From an uncultured virus (IMG/VR IMGVR_UViG_3300009376_000004) (taxonomy: Duplodnaviria > Heunggongvirae > Uroviricota > Caudoviricetes): a DNA stretch of 64,000 nt. A program made the translations under genes and the position numbers. The stretch is from the IMG/VR virus record IMGVR_UViG_3300009376_000004; one strand, given 5' to 3'. Shown piece after piece: positions 55,650 through 63,974 of the stretch (within the stretch, counting starts at the first letter, position 1; each line of letters starts with the position of its first letter). The notes beneath the pieces were generated by a model. It ran no database searches. It saw only the letters and a program-made list of their open reading frames with translations, and was not told the DNA's origin.

Positions 55650-57310
55650 AAATGTCCGATATTGATGAGGCTTTTGGAGAACAATATACAACAGCAGGTC
55701 ATGATCAATTAGATCCACCTAGGAATCCAGAAGCAAAAGAAGCTACATTCAAGAATCAAGATGATGGTGGTCTAACCATTGATGGTAAAAAAGTATTAAA
55801 AATGTGGGAATCATTTAGTGGTTGGTATTGGTATGGAATAGAAGATACAGGAAGTTATGAATATACTGATGCAAGTGGTAATACGCAAACAGCTCATTCA
55901 TGGTTTGGTTTTGTTCAGGGCTTTGCAGAAGAATGGGGATCGTTTGACGAGAATGAATTAAATTCAATGGAAGGTAAAGTATGGGAAGTTCCAAGAGAAA
56001 ATTGGCACTTTTCAGGTAGAAGAAATACATATGAAGCAGAACATGACGGAACAGTATGGTCGGACTTTCATCAAAAATGGATAGACGAAGATGAATTAAA
56101 AAAAGATAGAAAGGCGAGAGGCTTTAGTTCAGAATCAGAAGCAGATGAGGATTGGTGGAATGGTCTAAGTCCAGCAGAACGTGTAGAGATTAATAAGAAA
56201 CATGGAATACTGAATTGGGATGATGTAGATCCTAAAGATAATCCAATGGGTCATACAGGAAAAGGAGATTATTCTGTAAATATATCGTCAAGAAGATATG
56301 AAGCACAAAGACCAGAAGCACAAGACACAATAACATCTTGGTATAAGGAAATACATGGAGTAGAATCAAAAGCAGGTGAAGGCTATGATTGGGATCTTCC
56401 TGAAAACCCTACTAAAAGACAGATTAAAAAAGCAATTAAAGAATTACGGATGTTTATTCATTACGCAAGTATGGAGAATCCAATGCACATGGGAGAATTT
56501 AGGGAAGAATTGGCAGAATTGGAAGCAAAATTAGCAAGTGCAAATGAATACCTACCAGATCACTTTGAATTAGATGAAGATAGGGTAAATGATATTATGG
56601 ATGATAAGGCACAAGATGATTTAGTTATTTGTAGGTATTGTAGTAAAAAGTTTGACTTGGAAGAATACGGACATGAAGATTTAAACAAACATCTTTTAGA
56701 GGTACATAATATTCTTAATAAAGGAGAATCAAAAGCAAATGAAGCTGTATGCCCACATTGTAAAGGCACAGGTTTAGCTAGACAAGATCAAGATGTTCAT
56801 ATACCTATGAAGTCGGATTGGGATGAATGTAGATGGTGTAACGGAACAGGAGAAATTTCAACAGAATCAAAAGCAAGTGAAGATTGGCAACAGCATTTGC
56901 CAAAAGGTATGACAATAAGAGGTTATGAATGTCCTATCTGTTTCATGTCTATCAAATTTGAAAAGGAATTTGGTGGAACGGGGAAAAATCTATACAATCA
57001 CTTGTTAGAAAAACATGGTGTAGATGATTCTGAAGCAAAAGATATGGTACAAACAGCAAAGTCAAACGTTGAAGATTATGAAAAAGTATTCAAAGATTAT
57101 GAATCGCCTTACACAGAATCAAAAGCAAATGAATATCTTCTTGACAAAGTATGTCCTAAATGTGGTAGTGAGATAGGGGACGCAGAGGACGAGTTTGAAA
57201 ATTCCTATTCTATAACCTGTCCTTTATGTAAGGAAACCATTAATCGTGATGATTATGATTTTACTGCTTCGCCTGAATGGAAATTAGAGGGGGAATCAAA
57301 AGCAAATGAA
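55053..57310 (+). repeat. Dispersed in-frame 18-nt repeat GAATCAAAAGCARRTGAA (ESKAxE)
   Basis: Copies at 55053, 56363, 56726, 56864, 57116 and 57293; a synonymous variant at 52681. Confidence 0.9.
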
Positions 57311-58774
57311 GCATATCCAGATGCAGTTTGGGAAGAATGGTGGAATACAGATCAAACAGAAAAATCAGATTGGTTGAATTTTGCATTTGATAAAGGTATT
57401 TCGGATGAGATAGCCGAAGGAGCATGGGAACATTATATGGGAACTGAAGCAGATAGTAAATCTAATCAGAATATTAAAAATCTAAAACTTCGTAATCAAA
57501 AAAGACAATGGGGAAGACGAGGTGAAGCACTTCAAGATACAGAATATCCTAACCCAAAATATCATGGTAAATCACTAGAAGAATTATTAAAAATTAAAGA
57601 TGAGTATTTTGGAGATGTTGGTAACTTAGATTTAGGAGATGATCCAGATATGTCAGATTATCACGATCTCATGTGGGAGATAGGTGTCTTACAAGGACTA
57701 TATGGTCATGCTCATAAAACAGATGAAGGTCTAGGCGATTTTTTTAAAAAACTTTCAGGTAGAGGAGATAAAACTTGGGGTAGTGATCCTATAACTCATG
57801 GGGACTTTGAAGTAATGTGGAATAATGCAGGTGTTCAGCAAAGAATAAAATGGTTAGAAGATGTTCAGGGTAGTGCTGACGGATTACAAAATGAAGCATA
57901 TGATAAATTGCCACAATGGATTCAGGTACAGTTATTTTATCATATAGGAGATCTTGATAAACATGAGGATTTACTTGAAACACCAACCATTAGTCTTGAA
58001 TCATATGACTATTATTATCCAAAGAAAAATAAACCAAGAACGAAATACAGTGTTAATAAAGCCCATAAAATTCGTAAGGGAACAGGCGAATTAACAAAAG
58101 ATAATTTATTGAAACATATAAAGTCCGAAGGTACTTATGATCCAGAATCAAATAATAATTATAATACTTCTTCATCAATAAGAAATAAAACAGATCAATA
58201 TCTACAAGAGTTAGAAAGTGAGGGTTGGATTGAACAGAAGATGCAGAGTAACAAATTGGTTTGGGTTCCTACTAGACATGGTAGTGGTAGGGTAGGAACA
58301 GTAGAAGCATGGGAACCAGAAGATAGAGGTGGAAATAATCCGGGTATGACGAATGAGATGATGTTAGAATATGCAAAACATATTTGGGACGTTGATGAAA
58401 GTTCAAAAGAACAAAGGATAAAACTTTTGGAGGATTTGGGTAATGCAGGTATAGGAAAAACTCTTGTTATGCTTTCCATGATGGACTTTAATTCACTAGG
58501 ACAAAAAATTCAACAAGATTTGGCAAATGCTTTGGAAATGGATTTAGCGATGGATGAAAGAGATTTTGCTAAGAAAATTCAGGGTATAGAGGGCGGAAAT
58601 GGATCAGGTAAGAGATATCATCAACAATGGATGAATGATGCAGACAAGATTGATTCGATAAAGTCCGAAGATATGACAAAAGATAAATTTCTGAAAAGAG
58701 CAAAGGCAATCGAGATAGAATATACTGACGAAGATCAATATAGGCGAATGTTTGAGCAGTTAAAAGATGATTAA
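55652..58774 (+). CDS. Acidic modular polyprotein (DUF2958-like, Zn fingers, helical modules, wHTH-like)
   Basis: Five exact ESKA[G/N/S]E motifs plus variants, each bracketing one small domain. Confidence 0.75.
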   Translation: MSDIDEAFGEQYTTAGHDQLDPPRNPEAKEATFKNQDDGGLTIDGKKVLKMWESFSGWYWYGIEDTGSYEYTDASGNTQTAHSWFGFVQGFAEEWGSFDENELNSMEGKVWEVPRENWHFSGRRNTYEAEHDGTVWSDFHQKWIDEDELKKDRKARGFSSESEADEDWWNGLSPAERVEINKKHGILNWDDVDPKDNPMGHTGKGDYSVNISSRRYEAQRPEAQDTITSWYKEIHGVESKAGEGYDWDLPENPTKRQIKKAIKELRMFIHYASMENPMHMGEFREELAELEAKLASANEYLPDHFELDEDRVNDIMDDKAQDDLVICRYCSKKFDLEEYGHEDLNKHLLEVHNILNKGESKANEAVCPHCKGTGLARQDQDVHIPMKSDWDECRWCNGTGEISTESKASEDWQQHLPKGMTIRGYECPICFMSIKFEKEFGGTGKNLYNHLLEKHGVDDSEAKDMVQTAKSNVEDYEKVFKDYESPYTESKANEYLLDKVCPKCGSEIGDAEDEFENSYSITCPLCKETINRDDYDFTASPEWKLEGESKANEAYPDAVWEEWWNTDQTEKSDWLNFAFDKGISDEIAEGAWEHYMGTEADSKSNQNIKNLKLRNQKRQWGRRGEALQDTEYPNPKYHGKSLEELLKIKDEYFGDVGNLDLGDDPDMSDYHDLMWEIGVLQGLYGHAHKTDEGLGDFFKKLSGRGDKTWGSDPITHGDFEVMWNNAGVQQRIKWLEDVQGSADGLQNEAYDKLPQWIQVQLFYHIGDLDKHEDLLETPTISLESYDYYYPKKNKPRTKYSVNKAHKIRKGTGELTKDNLLKHIKSEGTYDPESNNNYNTSSSIRNKTDQYLQELESEGWIEQKMQSNKLVWVPTRHGSGRVGTVEAWEPEDRGGNNPGMTNEMMLEYAKHIWDVDESSKEQRIKLLEDLGNAGIGKTLVMLSMMDFNSLGQKIQQDLANALEMDLAMDERDFAKKIQGIEGGNGSGKRYHQQWMNDADKIDSIKSEDMTKDKFLKRAKAIEIEYTDEDQYRRMFEQLKDD

Positions 58775-58803
58775 TTTTTAAGTAAGCATGACAACTAGAA
58801 TTA

Positions 58804-59241
58804 TTGCCAAACCGAAATAAGATAAAGGGAACAAATTTCGAGTATGAATGGATGTATTACTTGTTATATCATCACTTTGACAATGTGAGAAGTTATGCAA
58901 GTAAGGGTGTTGCAGATGTAAGAAGTGTTCCACCAAAATGGGCTAAATCAACAATAGCGTTAGCAAGTCAATGTAAGAATACGAAGAAAAATGATTACAT
59001 TGATCCAGCAGAAAGGAGAAGATTGGAAGCATATTCAAAAAAATACTCTTACTTGGTCGTAGAACCATTTAAGATGAATAGAACTTGTTATGTCAAATTA
59101 GAACCTTGGAAACTAGACGGTAAAATAATGACACCAGAGCAGTTTTTGAAGAAATATTACGGAATATTTGCAGATACATGGAAAAGGCAAAGAACGAATT
59201 GGAAACATGGTGTTAAGCGACAACCTATTAATAGAGTATAA
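58804..59241 (+). CDS. Holliday junction resolvase (archaeal Hjc-like)
   Basis: NKIKGTNFE.E, VRSYASKGVADV and QCK. Confidence 0.8.
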   Translation: MPNRNKIKGTNFEYEWMYYLLYHHFDNVRSYASKGVADVRSVPPKWAKSTIALASQCKNTKKNDYIDPAERRRLEAYSKKYSYLVVEPFKMNRTCYVKLEPWKLDGKIMTPEQFLKKYYGIFADTWKRQRTNWKHGVKRQPINRV

Positions 59242-59251
59242 TTCTTTATTT

Positions 59252-59292
59252 ATATAGAAATAGATATCTTTATATACTATTATGAGAGATAA
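59252..59292 (+). promoter_or_regulatory. Archaeal promoter (copy 2 of the duplicated element)
   Basis: ATATAGAAATAGATATCTTTATATACTAT..TGAGAGATAA; ATG 59297 lies 29 nt after the TATA box. Confidence 0.7.
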
Positions 59293-59296
59293 GAAT

Positions 59297-59473
59297 ATGA
59301 AGAATATTATAATTACTTATTGTGATATGTGTTCTCAACGAATCGTGAAAAATGGCGTTTATGAGATAACAAAAATGCCCTTTAGCGTGAGAGGAGCAAA
59401 GAATGGATCAAAGGGTTTGATCTGTCGAAAGTGTTTCCAAGAAGTTGAACAAGTCATAGGTAAGAGGAGATAA
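59297..59473 (+). CDS. Zn-ribbon microprotein
   Basis: YCDMC...ICRKC; start moved on promoter spacing. Confidence 0.6.
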   Translation: MKNIIITYCDMCSQRIVKNGVYEITKMPFSVRGAKNGSKGLICRKCFQEVEQVIGKRR

Positions 59474-59475
59474 AA

Positions 59476-59682
59476 ATGGGAAAAACATATAGAAGGCATT
59501 ATTGGGACTTTGATGAAAAATTAATTGCAGATGGCGTAAAATACGGACATGATTCAAAAAAAATATGTGCATGGTGTCGTAGCAATAGATTAAACAAGAG
59601 AAATATCGAATTAGCAAAATTTGGTGGTGGTTCCGTAAGAGGAAATGCCGAGAAAGTAGTATTACAAAAGGTGTATGGATAA
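59476..59682 (+). CDS. Small basic hypothetical protein
   Basis: MGKTYRR..CAWCR; GAGGAG upstream. Confidence 0.55.
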   Translation: MGKTYRRHYWDFDEKLIADGVKYGHDSKKICAWCRSNRLNKRNIELAKFGGGSVRGNAEKVVLQKVYG

Positions 59683-59867
59683 TGAAAGATAATGAAATAG
59701 GAGTAATCGAGGACGTTTGTGGTCAATTAAATGATGTAGAGGGCGAATGGCAGAAACTCGTAGAAGAATGTATTGGCAGATTATTAAAGTTGATTGAAAA
59801 ACCAAAGGATCGTGAATCAATAATTCGTAATATCACAAAACATATTCATACAGAGGCGAGGGGATAA
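59682..59867 (+). CDS. Hypothetical protein
   Basis: TAATG-coupled. Confidence 0.5.
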   Translation: MKDNEIGVIEDVCGQLNDVEGEWQKLVEECIGRLLKLIEKPKDRESIIRNITKHIHTEARG

Positions 59868-60002
59868 AAGAATGAATCATAAACTTCTAGATATAGGTGA
59901 TATTAATTATATCCTAAGGAAGCATTCAGATAGTATTCCAGAAGATGTAGTTAGAGATATTTATTTTAAATTATTAGAATATGTTCCGGTGGAGGAATTA
60001 GA

Positions 60003-60671
60003 ATGACTAAGAAAATAAAGATAACTAATCCAGATGATTTTTCGGTGTTTATTGATAATAAAGGTAATCAGGTTAATGATATAACAGAAAGTTCAAAGCA
60101 AGTAGGATATTGTTGCATTCCAAAAATGAGAGAACAATCTCCTGAATTTGACAAGAAGTTATGGAATGAGTTAATCAGAATTGGAAAGGACGTGGAGAAA
60201 GATAGCGAACCAGATTTTGGTATTCTTGATCTTCCATTAGAATATGAAGTAGATGGTAAGAAAAAATCAAAGTTGGACTTTGAAGATACCATGCCAGATA
60301 GATCTAGAATTAAAGTAAGACCTAATCCAATGATTGAAGTTTTTATTAATACGCTGAAACATTATGGCATTGATGAAAGTCAGGTAAGGCAGATAAAAGA
60401 AGATATGTATATTGCAAGATATAGGTTATGGGATTTATTGGGAATGTATTATACAGGAGCTTTATGGGGTGCAAAAGGTCAAATATTTGATTGTATAGAA
60501 AAGATGGTAAAATTATATATTGAGATGAAAGATGTAGGTGGATTCTTTTGGTTTTTGAGAGGACATGACTTAGATGTCGAGGAACCAAAGCATTGTGATG
60601 ATTGTATTAAATCGTATAAAGATTGGGTTGCAGAAATACCAAAAGGGAGGACAATGAATGATTATGTATAA
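60003..60671 (+). CDS. Hypothetical protein
   Basis: 222-aa co-oriented ORF. Confidence 0.55.
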   Translation: MTKKIKITNPDDFSVFIDNKGNQVNDITESSKQVGYCCIPKMREQSPEFDKKLWNELIRIGKDVEKDSEPDFGILDLPLEYEVDGKKKSKLDFEDTMPDRSRIKVRPNPMIEVFINTLKHYGIDESQVRQIKEDMYIARYRLWDLLGMYYTGALWGAKGQIFDCIEKMVKLYIEMKDVGGFFWFLRGHDLDVEEPKHCDDCIKSYKDWVAEIPKGRTMNDYV

Positions 60672-61116
60672 AGAAACATTAAAAATAAAAAATAAGAAAT
60701 TGATTCCTAATTCATTTTACAGAACGTGGAAAATGTATGATGGCATTGAAAAGGGAGTGCGAATGAGAGAGATGACAAGACATGAATTAGCGAGGGAGGT
60801 TTTATTTAGAATGGTAGATAAGTTATCTCCAAAAGATAGACTTGATATTTTTAAAGATTTGACAAGTGTGTGGAGAAAATTGAATGATGTTTCAATTAAC
60901 AACGCAGATAATTGGACTGATGAACAGCTTGCGATTGCAGAAATAATAGGAGTTTATTGTCATATGTGTGGATATAATTGCAGACATGTAACAGATGAGG
61001 AACATGGTGAGGACTTTATGATTTGTAATAATGCCGATACACCAGCAGATAAATGTGAGCATTATGGAATGGAAACAGAAGGTCTATCGTATTTTTTTAA
61101 GGAGATGAAAGAGTAG
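60658..61116 (+). CDS. Hypothetical protein with Cys cluster
   Basis: YCHMCG..C; overlapping start. Confidence 0.55.
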   Translation: MIMYKETLKIKNKKLIPNSFYRTWKMYDGIEKGVRMREMTRHELAREVLFRMVDKLSPKDRLDIFKDLTSVWRKLNDVSINNADNWTDEQLAIAEIIGVYCHMCGYNCRHVTDEEHGEDFMICNNADTPADKCEHYGMETEGLSYFFKEMKE

Positions 61117-61202
61117 ATGTTCAAGTATTGTAAAAAATGTGTAGGTATTAGACAATTTTTGGGCGATCCAAGAAAATGTGATGTATGTGGAGATGAAGGC
61201 TA

Positions 61203-61817
61203 ATGGGTACTGATATTTATTTAAAATGGGATAAGATGAGTAAGAAAGATCGTGATGATCAGATTACAGGTTGGAGAATTGATAAAGGAAATACAGGTTA
61301 TCTAAGAGCAAGTATTGGAATGATACAAGAGAATGAATTTTTACGAAAGGTATTTCCAAAATGGGTTTGGCAACCTAATAATCCGAAATGTATTACTTGT
61401 GATGGTCAGGGAATATCAAAGGACTTTGATCAAAAGAGAGAATGGGATGACGAAAGAAATTGGTGTAGTGATTGTAAAGGTACTTGTGTAAAAGATGGAT
61501 TAGACGGAGCAAGATTTGAATTTAATGACGAGTTTATGAAAAAATTAAGCATTTGGTCAAGATTATATCTAGGTCACGCAATAATGGGAACGCCTATTGA
61601 AAGTTTGGATAGTGAAGAACAGAAAAGAGCAAATGGTATGATGAATACAGTTATGAAAGCAATAGGTGGTGGCATGGATAAGATAGAAGTATCAGAAGTA
61701 GGAGATGGTGATATATTTTGGAAGGCAGAATTTATTACAAATGTATTTCAATTTTGTAGATTAGGTTATGAGAAGGAGAAAGAGGGATTAAATCCGAGGG
61801 TGTATATATCATGGTAG
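61203..61817 (+). CDS. Hypothetical protein with inserted DnaJ-type Zn finger
   Basis: MGTDIYL..GYLRAS..CITCDGQG..CSDCKG..VYISW. Confidence 0.6.
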   Translation: MGTDIYLKWDKMSKKDRDDQITGWRIDKGNTGYLRASIGMIQENEFLRKVFPKWVWQPNNPKCITCDGQGISKDFDQKREWDDERNWCSDCKGTCVKDGLDGARFEFNDEFMKKLSIWSRLYLGHAIMGTPIESLDSEEQKRANGMMNTVMKAIGGGMDKIEVSEVGDGDIFWKAEFITNVFQFCRLGYEKEKEGLNPRVYISW

Positions 61818-62386
61818 AGGGAGATAAAGCATTCAAAGATTTTCCATTGGAACGTTGTTGGAAATGCAAAAAGGAAACGAGAATTTTATTTCCTTTCAGA
61901 GCAATAGACATAGACAAAAGACCAAAGGGTATGAGTGTGAATGAATATCTAGGTAAAATGAAAACCGAAGGTGGCGATATGGTTAAACTTTGTATAAGAT
62001 GTAATCCGATCACAGTAAATTTAGGACTATTAACGGAGGATAGTATTATGAATATGACCGAAGAGCAAAAAGCAGGTATGATAAATTATACTCCACAGAT
62101 AGCACATCTTAATATGAAGAAAGTATCGGATGTATCTTTTGATCTTGGTAATGGTATTCGAGATATACCCAAAGGAGCAAGAGTTTCAGGGACGGAAGTA
62201 TTAGCAAGTGCAAAGGCTATGGGACATAAAGTACGAGCAAGAGTGAAGATCGGTGGTAGAGAGAAAATAGTAACAGGTAGAAATAAAAAGGATTTACTTC
62301 GTCAGATAGAAATTGCAGGAGCAAAATTTATGATGTGGGAAAAAATGTTCGCACCATTAAAAAGAGAGGGGGTAAAATATGACTAG
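61811..62386 (+). CDS. Hypothetical protein with Zn ribbon
   Basis: CWKC...CIRC. Confidence 0.55.
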   Translation: MVEGDKAFKDFPLERCWKCKKETRILFPFRAIDIDKRPKGMSVNEYLGKMKTEGGDMVKLCIRCNPITVNLGLLTEDSIMNMTEEQKAGMINYTPQIAHLNMKKVSDVSFDLGNGIRDIPKGARVSGTEVLASAKAMGHKVRARVKIGGREKIVTGRNKKDLLRQIEIAGAKFMMWEKMFAPLKREGVKYD

Positions 62387-62750
62387 AAAGATAACTTGTG
62401 TTAGCTGTAATCACAAATTTGTTAAGAGTAAGAAGGGTGGTCTTATGGAAATGTTTCATGATATGAAATATTGTTTAATATGTGTCAGATATGATTATTG
62501 GTATCATGAATCACTGAGAAAGAAATTCATTAAGATAAGAAAACATAAAGGAGTTGAATATTTGACCATAACAAAAGCAGGAATTTTAGATGGAATCAAA
62601 GAAGGTCAAGGGATAAAAATGACTGATAAAGAGATACAAGATGTCGTGGATAAGCAGAAAAATCCAAAGATAACAGTTAAGGACTTTAAGAAAAATTATG
62701 TCGAGCATATATATGCAAAAATGAAAGAGGAAGAAAAAATTGAAATGTAA
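62379..62750 (+). CDS. Hypothetical protein with Zn ribbon
   Basis: CVSC...YCLIC. Confidence 0.55.
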   Translation: MTRKITCVSCNHKFVKSKKGGLMEMFHDMKYCLICVRYDYWYHESLRKKFIKIRKHKGVEYLTITKAGILDGIKEGQGIKMTDKEIQDVVDKQKNPKITVKDFKKNYVEHIYAKMKEEEKIEM

Positions 62751-63040
62751 AAATTGTAATCATCATAAATATGAACATACAGGCACATTTGGTTTTGTAA
62801 AACAAGAAGATCTATGTCCATGTTGTAATCTTCATAAGGACTTTGAAAAATTAAAGGTGTTGAAAAAATGAAAGAGGTAAAAAAATATGACTAAATGTTT
62901 CATAAAACAATGTGATGGTAAAGCAAAATATACGATTAAAGATGCAGAACAATATCCAAAAAAGTATAATGGTAAGAAAATATGTGAAGATTGTAATAGA
63001 GCAAGAACTTTATTAAAGGTTGAACCAGAGGAGGATAAAG

Positions 63041-63253
63041 ATGGTTTGTAATAATCAATGTAAATTATTTAAATCGAAAAGACCAGTAGGTGGTCAGCGA
63101 TATAATGATGGTCAGAAAAGATGTTCAGTATGTATTGAATGGATAAGGTGGGATGGTAAATATTGTCCATGTTGTGGTTACATTCTTAGATGTCATCCAA
63201 GAAAACCAAGAGGTAAGATGGTGTTAAAACCAATGGAGGTTAGATATAGATGA
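63041..63253 (+). CDS. Cys-rich small protein
   Basis: MVCNNQC..RY..GQKRCSVC..W.G..CPCCG..LR; likely start ATG 63041. Confidence 0.6.
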   Translation: MVCNNQCKLFKSKRPVGGQRYNDGQKRCSVCIEWIRWDGKYCPCCGYILRCHPRKPRGKMVLKPMEVRYR

Positions 63254-63822
63254 GTGATATCGCAATAATGATTGGAGTAAGTGGATCAGGCAAGTCATAT
63301 AAAGCCAAAGAAGTGCAGAGGAGAGCATTAGAATTGGGAGTAAATGAACCTACTGTAATATGTTCGACAGATAAATTCATTGAACGAGAAGCCAAAGAAA
63401 AAGGAATTACCTATCAAGAATGTATGAATATGATTCAAGAGGAAAAAAGATTCGGAGAAATAACAGGAAAATTCTATGATGAAATAGAAGAATGTATTAG
63501 AAACGATGTTAATATGGTAATTGATAGAACAAATCTGACAAAGGGTGGTAGGATAGCATTGATAACTAAACTTAACGAAATACATAAAAAGTATGGTAAA
63601 ACCATGCAAAGTATGGCTATGTGTCTTAGCGTTAAGAGAGAATTAATAAATATGAGATTAAAGGAAAGAGAGGATCGAGGAGAAAAGAAAATGGATCCTA
63701 AAATTATAGATCAACAAATTCAACGATTAGAATTACCGACAAAAGATGAAGGCTTTGATCGAGTTAGCGTTGCAGGGGACTTTGATGAAAAGACCGGATT
63801 ATACAAGGAGGTGAAAGCATAA
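63250..63822 (+). CDS. P-loop kinase (AAA_33/polynucleotide kinase-like)
   Basis: GVSGSGKS, STD, VIDRTN..R, R..R and P..EGFD. Confidence 0.8.
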   Translation: MSDIAIMIGVSGSGKSYKAKEVQRRALELGVNEPTVICSTDKFIEREAKEKGITYQECMNMIQEEKRFGEITGKFYDEIEECIRNDVNMVIDRTNLTKGGRIALITKLNEIHKKYGKTMQSMAMCLSVKRELINMRLKEREDRGEKKMDPKIIDQQIQRLELPTKDEGFDRVSVAGDFDEKTGLYKEVKA

Positions 63823-63824
63823 AA

Positions 63825-63974
63825 ATGAATGGAAGTATATGGCAATGTTCTGTGTGTGAAGCACAATTACCAGATGACGAATACATTGAAACACGAAAAA
63901 AGAAACATCTGTTAATGCACAATAATAAAGGAACAATGTCAAAAGAACAAACATTTTCCCTAAAGGTGAAATAA
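63825..63974 (+). CDS. 49-aa C2H2 microprotein (not in ORF track)
   Basis: WQCSVCE....RKKKHLLMH; GGAGGTG upstream. Confidence 0.55.
   Translation: MNGSIWQCSVCEAQLPDDEYIETRKKKHLLMHNNKGTMSKEQTFSLKVK

Noticed and set aside
55053..57310. 18-nt repeats as a CRISPR array (a Cas4-like gene is present)
   Set aside because: The repeats are short, in-frame and coding, with irregular spacings that are multiples of three (363, 138, 252, 177 nt). There is no cas1/cas2 and no regular repeat-spacer array anywhere.
663..63609. Minus-strand and nested alternate-frame ORFs in the track
   Set aside because: They lie inside longer + strand genes, have shadow-like composition and show no recognisable motifs.
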